Below the pieces are notes generated by a model that saw nothing but the letters and a program-made list of their open reading frames with translations, had not been told where the DNA came from and did not search any database. From positions 7,199 to 71,198 of IMG/VR virus record IMGVR_UViG_3300041409_000508: a DNA stretch of 64,000 nucleotides; one strand, written 5' to 3'. The translations under genes and the position numbers were made by a program. The DNA comes from a virus. Shown piece after piece: positions 38,389 to 46,765 of the stretch (position 1 is its first letter; each line of letters starts with the position of its first letter).

Positions 38389-40209
38389 ATGACAAGGCCA
38401 GTCTCTACCAGAGCCGCTGACACTGCCGCGGTGCGCGCCATCGCCCAGGCGTGTGTCAACGTCGAGCTGTTCACCATCCCGCTGTACCTCGCCGCCGCTA
38501 CCTCGATCGCCGGCATGCACCAGATCACGGGGAAGAACAGCGACTTCTACACCGGACGCTGGTGGCCGGGTGCGGCGACCACAGCCAACCCGCAGACCAC
38601 TAACGAAACCGCTTACAACATCATGTTTTCAGTGCACGTCGAGGAGATGCTGCATCTCCAGCTCGCCGCTAATCTCGCCAGTGCAGTAGGAGTGACGCCG
38701 CTGTTCACGTCTCCAATACTGCAGGATGAGCAGTACGGCTGGACCTGCTACGACAGCTCTGTCATACCCCACGTCGTAGACTTAAAAGACACTGTCCACA
38801 GTGATGCCATAGTGAAGATAGATGGCCTCACTCGTGAGCAACTAGAGCTATTCTTGATTATCGAAGAGTCCGAAGTGACATCACGAAGTCATATCACCGC
38901 ACCAGAGAAATACTTTCCTACTGTCCCGTTCAATAACTGGACAGAAGAGATGACCGAAGTCGATCTGCCGATGTTCGGCACTATCGGCCATATGTATTCG
39001 TGCTATTACGAATATCTGAGCTCAGTGTACGAAGACGGCTTGACGTTATGGGATCACGTCTTCGTTCCCGACTCCCAGCAGAACGACCTGTTCAATGTCG
39101 AGAACACCGGTCATCCGAAGAAAGAATACACAGGATTTCGTACACTCATCACCACGTCAAACCCATCTAAAGCATACTCACAGGCTCTAGCGATGATGAA
39201 CGCCATCACCGATCAAGGCGAAGGTTCTGTGCTCGACCAGCGTTCTGATAACCCATCAGAGGTGGCGACTCAGTACGAAGCAGCTCAAGACGCCATGGAA
39301 GTCGACTATCCCTCTTACAGCGACACCGGAGAGCTAGCTCCTTCAGCTGACACGATGGCTCGTTATACTTACGGAGACTGGGATCACTACGACCGATTCA
39401 GTCAGCTACTGGAGATGGTCGATCAAGTGACTCTCTGGCCAGCTTGGCATAAGCAACACGGACCATGGACAGCTGACGATTTGCAGAGTATGCAAACTGA
39501 ACCCAGCTTCTACGACATCCCGAGTGCTGCTGACGTTGCTGATGCGATGAACCGCATAGCCGCAAGCCCTGATCTCATGCGACCACTGTTCAACCAGGCT
39601 GCTGTTGGTTCTCTGGCCGGCATCACAACCGTGCTCAACCAGTACTGGGCTAAACCTGACGTGATCTTCCCCTACCCGGCGATGGTGGGGTCAGGTGACC
39701 GCATGACGATGAGCTGGGCACTGTTCAGACTGCCACCAGACCTGTCAGTTGGTGCTGACACTAGCTCTGTCAGCGGGTCTGCGCACGCCTGCCAGAGCCT
39801 GAACCTGACAGAACCAGGCAACGACTGCGCTGCAATCGGGGTCTACCATTCCTGCCGCGGAGCCAACAACTGCGCCGGTCAAGGTGGCTGTGGCTTCGTG
39901 CAGAAGATCAGCGCCGCGCAGCCCAGCCAGCACGGCTTCGCCTTAGTGAAGGCCAAAGCTGCTACCAGCGGCCTGTTCAGCGCTCCCAGTGCGAACGCCT
40001 GCGCCGGCCAGGGTGGCTGTGCGGTCCCGATCTCAGCATCTCAGTTGCTCGTGCAGAGCGGGACGATGCAACTCTACGACGATGACCAGCCATTTGATGA
40101 GCTTGCATTCAGTAAGGGCGAGCCAGTGCACGAAGTAGCGATGCGCGCTGCTGGTCTAGACGAAGTACCACCCAATGATGTCCGGCTCGTGCTGCCGCCG
40201 GCAACCTGA
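38389..40209 (+). CDS. Ferritin-like di-iron domain protein (VioB/RebD C-terminal type) with Cys-rich C-terminal repeats
   Basis: VELFTIPLYL, EEMLH, DQGEG and HYDRF motifs; tail HSCRGANNCAGQGGCG and ANACAGQGGCA; TACTGT -10 shortly before ATG 38389. Confidence 0.85.
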   Translation: MTRPVSTRAADTAAVRAIAQACVNVELFTIPLYLAAATSIAGMHQITGKNSDFYTGRWWPGAATTANPQTTNETAYNIMFSVHVEEMLHLQLAANLASAVGVTPLFTSPILQDEQYGWTCYDSSVIPHVVDLKDTVHSDAIVKIDGLTREQLELFLIIEESEVTSRSHITAPEKYFPTVPFNNWTEEMTEVDLPMFGTIGHMYSCYYEYLSSVYEDGLTLWDHVFVPDSQQNDLFNVENTGHPKKEYTGFRTLITTSNPSKAYSQALAMMNAITDQGEGSVLDQRSDNPSEVATQYEAAQDAMEVDYPSYSDTGELAPSADTMARYTYGDWDHYDRFSQLLEMVDQVTLWPAWHKQHGPWTADDLQSMQTEPSFYDIPSAADVADAMNRIAASPDLMRPLFNQAAVGSLAGITTVLNQYWAKPDVIFPYPAMVGSGDRMTMSWALFRLPPDLSVGADTSSVSGSAHACQSLNLTEPGNDCAAIGVYHSCRGANNCAGQGGCGFVQKISAAQPSQHGFALVKAKAATSGLFSAPSANACAGQGGCAVPISASQLLVQSGTMQLYDDDQPFDELAFSKGEPVHEVAMRAAGLDEVPPNDVRLVLPPAT

Positions 40210-40219
40210 GCTTGCATGA

Positions 40220-40240
40220 CAGTACAGCATGTGGTAGTGT
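40220..40240 (+). promoter_or_regulatory. Phage promoter motif, 1-unit form, inside the MNIO cluster
   Basis: CAGTACAGCATGTGG-TAGTGT with ATG 7 nt downstream. Confidence 0.75.
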
Positions 40241-40247
40241 CTGAGCT

Positions 40248-40409
40248 ATGAACGAACGATGCACTTGTGAATACCCAGTCACTCCATTACGAACGAATCT
40301 TGGAGGACATTACAAATCATGCCCATTGTCTAGAGAACCTAACCGTGGATACAATTACTTTGTTCAAGCACAGTCACCACGAGAAGCAAAGCCAAAGAAA
40401 GATGAGTGA
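40248..40409 (+). CDS. Leaderless 53-aa Cys-containing miniprotein (not in track)
   Basis: MNERCTCEYP...GGHYKSCPLS; stop overlaps the DUF692 start. Confidence 0.65.
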   Translation: MNERCTCEYPVTPLRTNLGGHYKSCPLSREPNRGYNYFVQAQSPREAKPKKDE

Positions 40410-41205
40410 CTTCGGGGTCGGGTTGCGCTGGCCGCACCATCACTACCTGATGACCACACCCCCAGAGCAGTGGGATGTCGACTGGTTCGAGATCATCTCA
40501 GAGGACTTCTTCGAGGGCCTCGGCTCCCGAGTGCTGGCCAGAATCGGCACCCATAAACCGATCGCACTGCACGGTGTCTCACTGAACATCGGTGGTACCG
40601 ACCCGCTGGACTTCGACTACCTCCACAATCTTAAGATCCTCGCTGCGCAGACCGACCCGCGGTGGATCTCCGATCACTTGTGCTGGACCGGCGTTGCCGG
40701 CGTCGACACCCATGACCTGCTGCCGCTGCCACTCACCGAAGAAACGTTGGTTCATGTCGCCGGTCGGGTGCACTGCGTGCAGGAGTACCTGGACCGGCCA
40801 CTCGTACTGGAGAACCCGAGTAGCTACATCCAGTGGTCGGCATCGCAGATGACCGAGACAGAGTTTATGAAATGCCTGATCGGCCGTACCGGCTGTGGCC
40901 TGCTGCTCGACGTCAACAACGCCTACGTCACCGCGCACAACCAGGGCCGCAGCCCGATCGAGTACATCCAGAACTTCCCGATGAGTGCCGTCGCTTATCT
41001 GCACATCGCCGGCCACACCGACGACTTCAGCGGAATCCTGATCGACACCCACGATCGACCGGTGATCTCCGAAGTGTGGTCGCTGTACCGGCTTGCTCAG
41101 AACTACGCTGGCGGGCTGCCGACTTTGCTGGAGTGGGACTCGAACATCCCTGGCTTTCCTGAGCTTGTGACCGAACTGAACAAGGCTCGGGCCATCTGTG
41201 GCTGA
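40402..41205 (+). CDS. DUF692 multinuclear non-heme iron oxidative enzyme (MNIO; BufB/MbnB family)
   Basis: GVGLR, WFEIISE, HGVSL, SDHLCW, DLLPLP, LENP, LLLDVNN, HIAGH, IDTHD and LLEWD all intact. Confidence 0.95.
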   Translation: MSDFGVGLRWPHHHYLMTTPPEQWDVDWFEIISEDFFEGLGSRVLARIGTHKPIALHGVSLNIGGTDPLDFDYLHNLKILAAQTDPRWISDHLCWTGVAGVDTHDLLPLPLTEETLVHVAGRVHCVQEYLDRPLVLENPSSYIQWSASQMTETEFMKCLIGRTGCGLLLDVNNAYVTAHNQGRSPIEYIQNFPMSAVAYLHIAGHTDDFSGILIDTHDRPVISEVWSLYRLAQNYAGGLPTLLEWDSNIPGFPELVTELNKARAICG

Positions 41206-41359
41206 CTTACGAGCACTACAGCAGCATCTGCTAACGGCTATCATTACAGGCGATTCTACTGAGCACGTCACGGGTAGGCTCGATGTTTACGCGCGCAGTT
41301 ACAAGATCCGCACACTTCGCCGCGCTCTCGCCACCCTACAGCAATCCAAGATCATTTAA
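41198..41359 (+). CDS. Minimal DUF2063 (BufC/HvfC N-terminal-like) MNIO partner, 53 aa (not in track)
   Basis: LRALQQHLLTAI...RLDVYARSY..R overlapping the DUF692 stop. Confidence 0.7.
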   Translation: MADLRALQQHLLTAIITGDSTEHVTGRLDVYARSYKIRTLRRALATLQQSKII

Positions 41360-41364
41360 CTCTC

Positions 41365-41485
41365 GCTTGTTTCTCGTAAATATGTCAAAACTCGCTTCAT
41401 TATATTATTATGACCATCCTTAAAAATCAATCATCTTTTTGAATGAATATTATCTCATGAAATTTATTTTATTCATTTGAGATTG
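41365..41485. other. Very AT-rich non-coding tract; candidate packaging (cos/pac) region
   Basis: Most AT-rich stretch seen; lies between the terminase-associated HNH gene and terS. Confidence 0.4.
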
Positions 41486-41486
41486 G

Positions 41487-41517
41487 TAGTGCAGTATGAG
41501 ATAGGATGTGATAGACT
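41487..41517 (+). promoter_or_regulatory. Phage promoter motif, 2-unit form
   Basis: TAGTGCAGTATGAGA-TAGGATGTGA-TAGACT. Confidence 0.7.
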
Positions 41518-41538
41518 TGAGTTAACAACGAGGAGCTG

Positions 41539-41673
41539 ATGAAGATGACAACCAATCACCATTACACACGACGAGTTGACCTTGTTGATCTCATTCGTAG
41601 TCGTGCGTACTACTTCATGGCTGGTGCTGTTGTCTCACCAATCCTTGACATCATCTACCACATCTACTACTAG
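41539..41673 (+). CDS. 44-aa small protein (not in track)
   Basis: GAGGAG SD; hydrophobic C-terminus. Confidence 0.5.
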   Translation: MKMTTNHHYTRRVDLVDLIRSRAYYFMAGAVVSPILDIIYHIYY

Positions 41674-41705
41674 CGTGGGAGTGCAGTATGTGGTACACTA
41701 GTAAT

Positions 41706-41909
41706 ATGAGCGAGACAGAAACCACTAGCCAGCTACCCACTACCATGCGTCTGCGGTGCAACCAAGATTACATCAATGGGTGTGGTCAACTAGCTACTGT
41801 CCCTGTCACCTACACACCAATCGGCATCAACACAATATGGAAAGCCGCAGATGGTACGTGTGAGTGTGGACTACGCCTCACTCGTGTGATCACAGTTCGC
41901 ACCAGCTAA
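41706..41909 (+). CDS. Leaderless Cys-containing small protein
   Basis: GAGTGCAGTATGTGG-TACACT motif (41679-41699) 6 nt before the ATG. Confidence 0.65.
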   Translation: MSETETTSQLPTTMRLRCNQDYINGCGQLATVPVTYTPIGINTIWKAADGTCECGLRLTRVITVRTS

Positions 41910-42251
41910 CTACCATCTACGGCTGCCAGTCGCTAGCTGTGCTAGCGACTTGCGGCGTGCGCTGGCCAGCCCGCGCAGCAGGTTGGAATGCCGCGTGTTG
42001 CACCCGCGGTGCGCCACTGTCAGGTTCGCCGGATCCTCCGGCGCACCACCCTGCTCTAGACCTACGATGTGGTGCACCGTGGCCGCACGGCCATGGTTAG
42101 GTGCTACCTGAGTAAGCGCGTAGTCGATCGGTCGCCGGCACAGGTAGCACGGCCTACGGTGCATCGCAGACCAGGCCAGCGTCTCCGCCTTTAGCCGCTG
42201 CCACGTACCCGTAGTGCGACCAGGCCCAGTCTTGACCACCCGATGCTCCAT
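41910..42251 (-). CDS. Terminase-associated HNH endonuclease (HK97 gp74-like)
   Basis: CYLC..PIDY, TVHHIV...GG...DPANL..AHRGCN; ends SRRW. Confidence 0.85.
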   Translation of the reverse strand: MEHRVVKTGPGRTTGTWQRLKAETLAWSAMHRRPCYLCRRPIDYALTQVAPNHGRAATVHHIVGLEQGGAPEDPANLTVAHRGCNTRHSNLLRGLASARRKSLAQLATGSRRW

Positions 42252-42271
42252 TCGAGTGAACTGCTAGTTAG

Positions 42272-42302
42272 CAGTGCAGTATGAGGTAAAGTGTGCTATA
42301 CT
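42272..42302 (+). promoter_or_regulatory. Phage promoter motif, 2-unit form
   Basis: CAGTGCAGTATGAGG-TAAAGTGTGC-TATACT with ATG 6 nt downstream. Confidence 0.75.
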
Positions 42303-42308
42303 AAGACT

Positions 42309-42551
42309 ATGAGAAAAACAATCGGACGCAACGCCACCCGCAAGATCGCTGAAGTAAGAGCCAAGAATCTTCAGTGTAATGCATATAATCTAGGCAACAG
42401 CTTCATCGCTACTGAATGCGATCCTGAGTTTGCATGGAAGCGATTTGAGACGCGTGACTACTCCCGACTCAGTGTTGATGAAAATGGTAAATATACGATA
42501 AGGGTTCACGACAATTGCTGGTATGAGCTCACTGAGAACGATGAAAATTAA
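42309..42551 (+). CDS. Leaderless hypothetical protein
   Basis: Motif promoter; YTIRVHDNCWYEL. Confidence 0.7.
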   Translation: MRKTIGRNATRKIAEVRAKNLQCNAYNLGNSFIATECDPEFAWKRFETRDYSRLSVDENGKYTIRVHDNCWYELTENDEN

Positions 42552-42886
42552 ATCACTGAAGCATAGATGAAGCAGTAAGCTTTCGCCAGCTTCGACCAGC
42601 CCGTGGACGACAGTGACGGCACTGTCCGATCATCGACGTACTCAGACAGCTTAGCCTCACCGACGCCAAGCTCAGCAGCGAACGTACGGCGCACGTAGCT
42701 AGCCAGACCTGCTGAACCACCTATCGAGCGCATGCGAACTGCCAGCACGTCACGGATGAGATCGCCAGTCTCTCCTAGCAGTGACAAACCAGCGATCTCA
42801 CCTGGCGGCACACGACCGTACGAGCCTCGCAGCACCAGCCACGTACCAGCTGTGTCGCCGTAGAGCACTTGCCACTGATCAGACAA
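42548..42886 (-). CDS. Hypothetical protein
   Basis: 112-aa ORF with GGAG upstream. Confidence 0.45.
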   Translation of the reverse strand: MSDQWQVLYGDTAGTWLVLRGSYGRVPPGEIAGLSLLGETGDLIRDVLAVRMRSIGGSAGLASYVRRTFAAELGVGEAKLSEYVDDRTVPSLSSTGWSKLAKAYCFIYASVI

Positions 42887-42918
42887 CAGTACTCCATTCA
42901 GGTGACATCGGAAGTTGA

Positions 42919-42949
42919 CAGTGTAGTATGAGGTAGAGTGTGATAGACT
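42919..42949 (+). promoter_or_regulatory. Phage promoter motif, 2-unit form
   Basis: CAGTGTAGTATGAGG-TAGAGTGTGA-TAGACT. Confidence 0.7.
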
Positions 42950-42979
42950 AGTGTTAACACCGAAGCCAAGGAGATCAAA

Positions 42980-43186
42980 ATGAGCGAGAACTTCACCACC
43001 GGAAGCGTCGAAGACTTCGACTTCGGTTACTCAGCAGAAGAGTACGACACCAAAGACTCCCGATACACTGTCACCGCTCTCGAACTCATCAATCCGCAAC
43101 TTCGTTACGAATGCCCAGAAGTCAACTGCACCCGACGTTTCGCCGCTGGCTACTCCATCGACTGTCACATCAGAGACGACCACTAA
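42980..43186 (+). CDS. Acidic N-terminal module plus C2H2 zinc-finger-like domain
   Basis: AAGGAG SD; YECPEVNCTRRF....IDCHIRDDH. Confidence 0.7.
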   Translation: MSENFTTGSVEDFDFGYSAEEYDTKDSRYTVTALELINPQLRYECPEVNCTRRFAAGYSIDCHIRDDH

Positions 43187-43194
43187 TTTTTACT

Positions 43195-43233
43195 ACAGCC
43201 CCCTGACCTGATCCTAGGTTGGGGGTTGTTTGC
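43195..43233 (+). terminator. Intrinsic terminator (repeated at about 43925-43960)
   Basis: acagccccctgacct/aggttgggggttgt followed by tt. Confidence 0.65.
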
Positions 43234-43360
43234 GTGATCACGAGATAGCATAAAGATCTTACGCCATACAGCTGTGGTTGAACGTTCACCCACATAGCAT
43301 AAAGATCTACAGGCCGCCAGCTGCCATTGATCAGACAACAGTACTCCATTCGAGTGGTGA

Positions 43361-43391
43361 TAGTGCAGTATGAGGTAAAGTGTGCTACACT
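43361..43391 (+). promoter_or_regulatory. Phage promoter motif, 2-unit form
   Basis: TAGTGCAGTATGAGG-TAAAGTGTGC-TACACT with ATG 6 nt downstream. Confidence 0.75.
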
Positions 43392-43397
43392 AAGACT

Positions 43398-43763
43398 ATG
43401 AGCGAAAACGCAAACATCGGAAGCGTCGAAGACTTCGACTTCGGTTACTCAGCAGAAGAGTATGACAAAGGCGAAATCCGCACTGCAGATGTCATCACCG
43501 AAGCAAAACGCAACGTTGCTCGCAGGATCGAAACTCTTGAAAACGACTTCGATGTCCCGATGTGCGCCAATGACATGATCATCGCACTTCGCACGATCAG
43601 TTTCTGGGCCAAAGATGAAACCACCGTCATCGCATCAATCACCGATGCTCGGTTTTCTTACCTAGCCAGTGCTGCACTAGATGGCCTAGACAGTACTGCA
43701 GATGTCTTCGACATTGCAGAGATCAAAGATCTGTCAGCTACCACAGTCTCGCTGAGCTGGTGA
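43398..43763 (+). CDS. Leaderless protein sharing the acidic N-terminal module with 42980..43186
   Basis: GSVEDFDFGYSAEEYD is identical in both. Confidence 0.7.
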   Translation: MSENANIGSVEDFDFGYSAEEYDKGEIRTADVITEAKRNVARRIETLENDFDVPMCANDMIIALRTISFWAKDETTVIASITDARFSYLASAALDGLDSTADVFDIAEIKDLSATTVSLSW

Positions 43764-44041
43764 GTGAAGTAGTAGATCCCCCGGTGAAACCGGGGGATCG
43801 GGTGTGCGCCTACGGGCGCACTGGCCGCATTATCAAACTCAAAACAAAGTGGAAGCAAGCCGGCGCAGATGTGATCTTCGACGGCAAACAATTCACCGAA
43901 TGGTACCCACTCGATGCCTTAGAGTCCCTGGCCTGAACCTAGGTTGGGGGTTGTCTGCGTAAGCTTTCACGCGATTGCATAAAGATCTACAAGCCGCCAG
44001 GATCTAAGATCAACTTAAGATTTTACTAAGGACATAATTGG

Positions 44042-44072
44042 TAGTGCAGTATCGAGTAGTATGTAGTAGACT
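44042..44072 (+). promoter_or_regulatory. Phage promoter motif, 2-unit form
   Basis: TAGTGCAGTATCGAG-TAGTATGTAG-TAGACT with ATG 6 nt downstream. Confidence 0.75.
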
Positions 44073-44078
44073 TCAGAT

Positions 44079-45287
44079 ATGCGCCAGCTGCGAGACTACC
44101 AAGAATCAGCAGTAAACAAGATCCGTACCGAGTGGTCACGCGGGATTGTCCGCACCGTCATCGTTCATGCAACTGGACTTGGCAAGACTTCGATCATCGC
44201 GAAGCTGGCCACAGACGAAGCCACCGCTGGTGGGCGAGTGTTACTCCTGGCCCACCGCAGTGAACCACTGGATCAGATGACCGACTGCTGCCAAGAGACT
44301 GACCCGACTATCTCAGTCGGTCGTGTCCAGGCAGAACGTAACGAGGTCGATCACCGGATCATCGTCGCCTCAGTGCAGACCTTGTGCCACGACAATCGGA
44401 TGGCTCAGCTACACAAGCCAACGATGGTGATCATCGACGAAGCACACCACGGCATGGCAGCGAGCTATATCAAGATCTTAGGTTGGGCCGGCAGCTTCGA
44501 GACCACCCGCACACTTGGTGTGACCGCGACGCTGGTTCGTGGTGACGGCCGTGGCTTCGGTGAGCTGTTCCAATCCGTAGCCGACTCCAAGGGTATCGAC
44601 TGGGCGGTGCGTCACCGCTGGCTGGTACCGCCCCGTGGCAAGGCAGTCCTGCTACGCAACCTCGATCTCGCTGAGATGACCGTGCGCCACGGTGACTACG
44701 CAGACTCGGAACTCGGACCGGTCATCGACGCTGGCAGCGAGGCCATCGTCAAAGCCTGGCAGAACAACGCAGGCGACCGGATCACCGTCGCCTTTACCCC
44801 TACCATCGCCAGCGCTTGCGCCCTGCGCAATGGCTTCCTGGCTCAGGGAGTGCCTGCTGAGGTTGTTATCGGATCGACGCCACGTGATGACCGCAAAGCC
44901 GTCTACGCTCGCCTAGCAGCCGGTCATACCCGCGTGCTGGTATCCGTGATGGTCACGACCGAAGCATGGGATTGCCCGCCCGTGTCCTGTGTGCTGATGG
45001 CTCGACCCACCGCTCTGCCTGGCTTGTATCAGCAAATGATGGGACGTGGCCTGAGGCTGGCTGACGGTAAGACCGACTGCCTGGTGCTCGACGTGGTCGG
45101 AGTAAACGAGCGGCTGGGTCTAGCCGCGAAGTCATCGCGAGGACAGAAGCTCGTCACACTGGTCAACATGGTTCCCAGCGCACTCTACGACGACTCCGAG
45201 ATCAGGCCACGCAGACGTCGTACTACCGCAGTACGACCACGCATCGTGCAGCGCGTACGCGACTGGCTGTTCAGTCGAGGATATTGA
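44079..45287 (+). CDS. SF2 DEAH-box helicase (Irc3/RadD-like), copy 1
   Basis: LRDYQ, ATGLGKT, DEAHH, TAT and QMMGRGLR motifs. Confidence 0.9.
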   Translation: MRQLRDYQESAVNKIRTEWSRGIVRTVIVHATGLGKTSIIAKLATDEATAGGRVLLLAHRSEPLDQMTDCCQETDPTISVGRVQAERNEVDHRIIVASVQTLCHDNRMAQLHKPTMVIIDEAHHGMAASYIKILGWAGSFETTRTLGVTATLVRGDGRGFGELFQSVADSKGIDWAVRHRWLVPPRGKAVLLRNLDLAEMTVRHGDYADSELGPVIDAGSEAIVKAWQNNAGDRITVAFTPTIASACALRNGFLAQGVPAEVVIGSTPRDDRKAVYARLAAGHTRVLVSVMVTTEAWDCPPVSCVLMARPTALPGLYQQMMGRGLRLADGKTDCLVLDVVGVNERLGLAAKSSRGQKLVTLVNMVPSALYDDSEIRPRRRRTTAVRPRIVQRVRDWLFSRGY

Positions 45288-45324
45288 CAGTGCAGTGTGG
45301 TGGAGAGTGTAGTAGACTTCAGGA

Positions 45325-45543
45325 ATGCAAGACTTCATGGATCACTGGTTAATCACAGTCTGGCATGCGTTCTCACTGTGGATGGATCGACCTTCGTCAT
45401 GGGTGATATTATTCGGCTCCTTGATAGCGTTATGCCTACTCATGTGGTTCATCACCACACGCAAACTCTGGCACAACAAATTTCACCAATACCGCACAGT
45501 CGCAGACTGCTCAGTATGCTGGCGCTTGAAGTATCCTCGTTGA
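45325..45543 (+). CDS. Leaderless small membrane protein
   Basis: 2-unit motif at 45288-45318, 6 nt before the ATG; one TM helix and a CSVC motif. Confidence 0.6.
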   Translation: MQDFMDHWLITVWHAFSLWMDRPSSWVILFGSLIALCLLMWFITTRKLWHNKFHQYRTVADCSVCWRLKYPR

Positions 45544-45554
45544 TAGAAAGGATC

Positions 45555-45725
45555 ATGAACGTGCACAACAACTCAGAAGTAATTCACGAGCTACTCATCG
45601 AACATATCGGTGATAAATACTACGTCTCCTGCTCATGTCCAGCAGGACGTAAACCAGTAAAATTCTATCAATGGAAAAATGCTCAGAACTTCGGTGACGC
45701 ACACATGGCGTGGCACAATAAGTAA
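45555..45725 (+). CDS. Small protein
   Basis: GAAAGGA SD; CSC...H motif. Confidence 0.5.
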   Translation: MNVHNNSEVIHELLIEHIGDKYYVSCSCPAGRKPVKFYQWKNAQNFGDAHMAWHNK

Positions 45726-45733
45726 CTGAAAGT

Positions 45734-46156
45734 CTAGTTGTGGTACCAGTTCTGGAAGTTACCACCATTGCAAGGAAGAGTATAGACGCTGTTAGCCGTG
45801 TTCGAGTCAAGACAACGACCAGTAGCCACATCCACTACACGATGTGCAGAACGCTCTACTCGCCACTTCTGAAAGTTGCCGCCATTACAGGGCAGTGTGT
45901 AGACGTTGCCATTGGTGTTCGAGTCGAGGCAGAACAGTGTGGAGACATCCCGCACTGTAGTGGTCGTACCAGAGCTAATCCAGTTCTGGAAATTGCCGCC
46001 GTTGCAGCCGATCGCGTACACATTGCCTGACGTGTTCGAGTCCAGGCAGTGCAGGGTCGCTACATCACGAAACGTCGACGTAGCCGCCGAAGCGCTAGGC
46101 GCAAATAGCAGTAGCGAGACAATGCTGAACAAAGCAATCAGAACATTACGAAACAC
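45734..46156 (-). CDS. Secreted ricin-B beta-trefoil lectin, actinohivin-like
   Basis: Signal peptide followed by three CLDSNT.GNVY...CNGGNFQ.W-type repeats. Confidence 0.9.
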   Translation of the reverse strand: [140 protein letters not shown]

Positions 46157-46262
46157 AGAGATCTCCCCAGATCAGTAGCCCATTAGAGTGATGACAGTGC
46201 AGTATCAAGTAGAGTGTGGTAAGCTTCAGATAACAAAGAAAACAAACCGAGGAGTCAGCACC

Positions 46263-46658
46263 ATGGGTGATCGTGCCAACATCTACCTTCAGACGCCAAG
46301 CAACGATGAGAAGCCAGCAGGCATCTATCTCTACACTCACTGGTCTGGCTATCGCTGGCCTGAAGCACTACGCGAAGCTCTTGTCTTTGGAAAATCACAT
46401 TGGAACGACCCTGAATACCTTGGACGCATCATTGCATCTCAAGTATTCTCTGACATTCACAACGAGACCACAGGTGGCGGTTTATCACTCCGCATCGGAG
46501 ACAATAGCTATCCGATCATTGTCTGTGACATTGAAGCCCAAGAAGTGTCATTCGCAGAAGCCGGATCAGAAGCTGACGACAGTCTACGAAAGCATCACAT
46601 ATCATTTACCGAATACGTCGATCAGGAAAGAGCAGACTATCCGTCTGACATGAAATAA
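46263..46658 (+). CDS. Conserved phage hypothetical protein
   Basis: 2-unit motif at 46195-46225; GAGGAG SD; MGDRAN..IYLYTHWSG...WNDPEYLGRII. Confidence 0.75.
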   Translation: MGDRANIYLQTPSNDEKPAGIYLYTHWSGYRWPEALREALVFGKSHWNDPEYLGRIIASQVFSDIHNETTGGGLSLRIGDNSYPIIVCDIEAQEVSFAEAGSEADDSLRKHHISFTEYVDQERADYPSDMK

Positions 46659-46663
46659 ACCAC

Positions 46664-46700
46664 AGCAACCCTCGATTTGATTCTAGATCGAGGGTTGTTT
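46664..46700. terminator. Terminator at convergent genes
   Basis: caaccctcgatt/gatcgagggttg followed by ttt. Confidence 0.7.
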
Positions 46701-46765
46701 CACGTCCTGAGTGCGGAGACACGGGTAGTGCGAACCCGTACCGTAACGGATCGCTAACAACTTTG

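Noticed and set aside
40267-40401. N-terminal extension of DUF692 given by the track
   Set aside because: Family similarity starts at MSDFGVGLR (40402), and the upstream DNA is better explained by the leaderless 53-aa ORF.
42244-44072. CRISPR array
   Set aside because: The repeats are heterogeneous, irregularly spaced and separated by whole genes; no cas genes are present.
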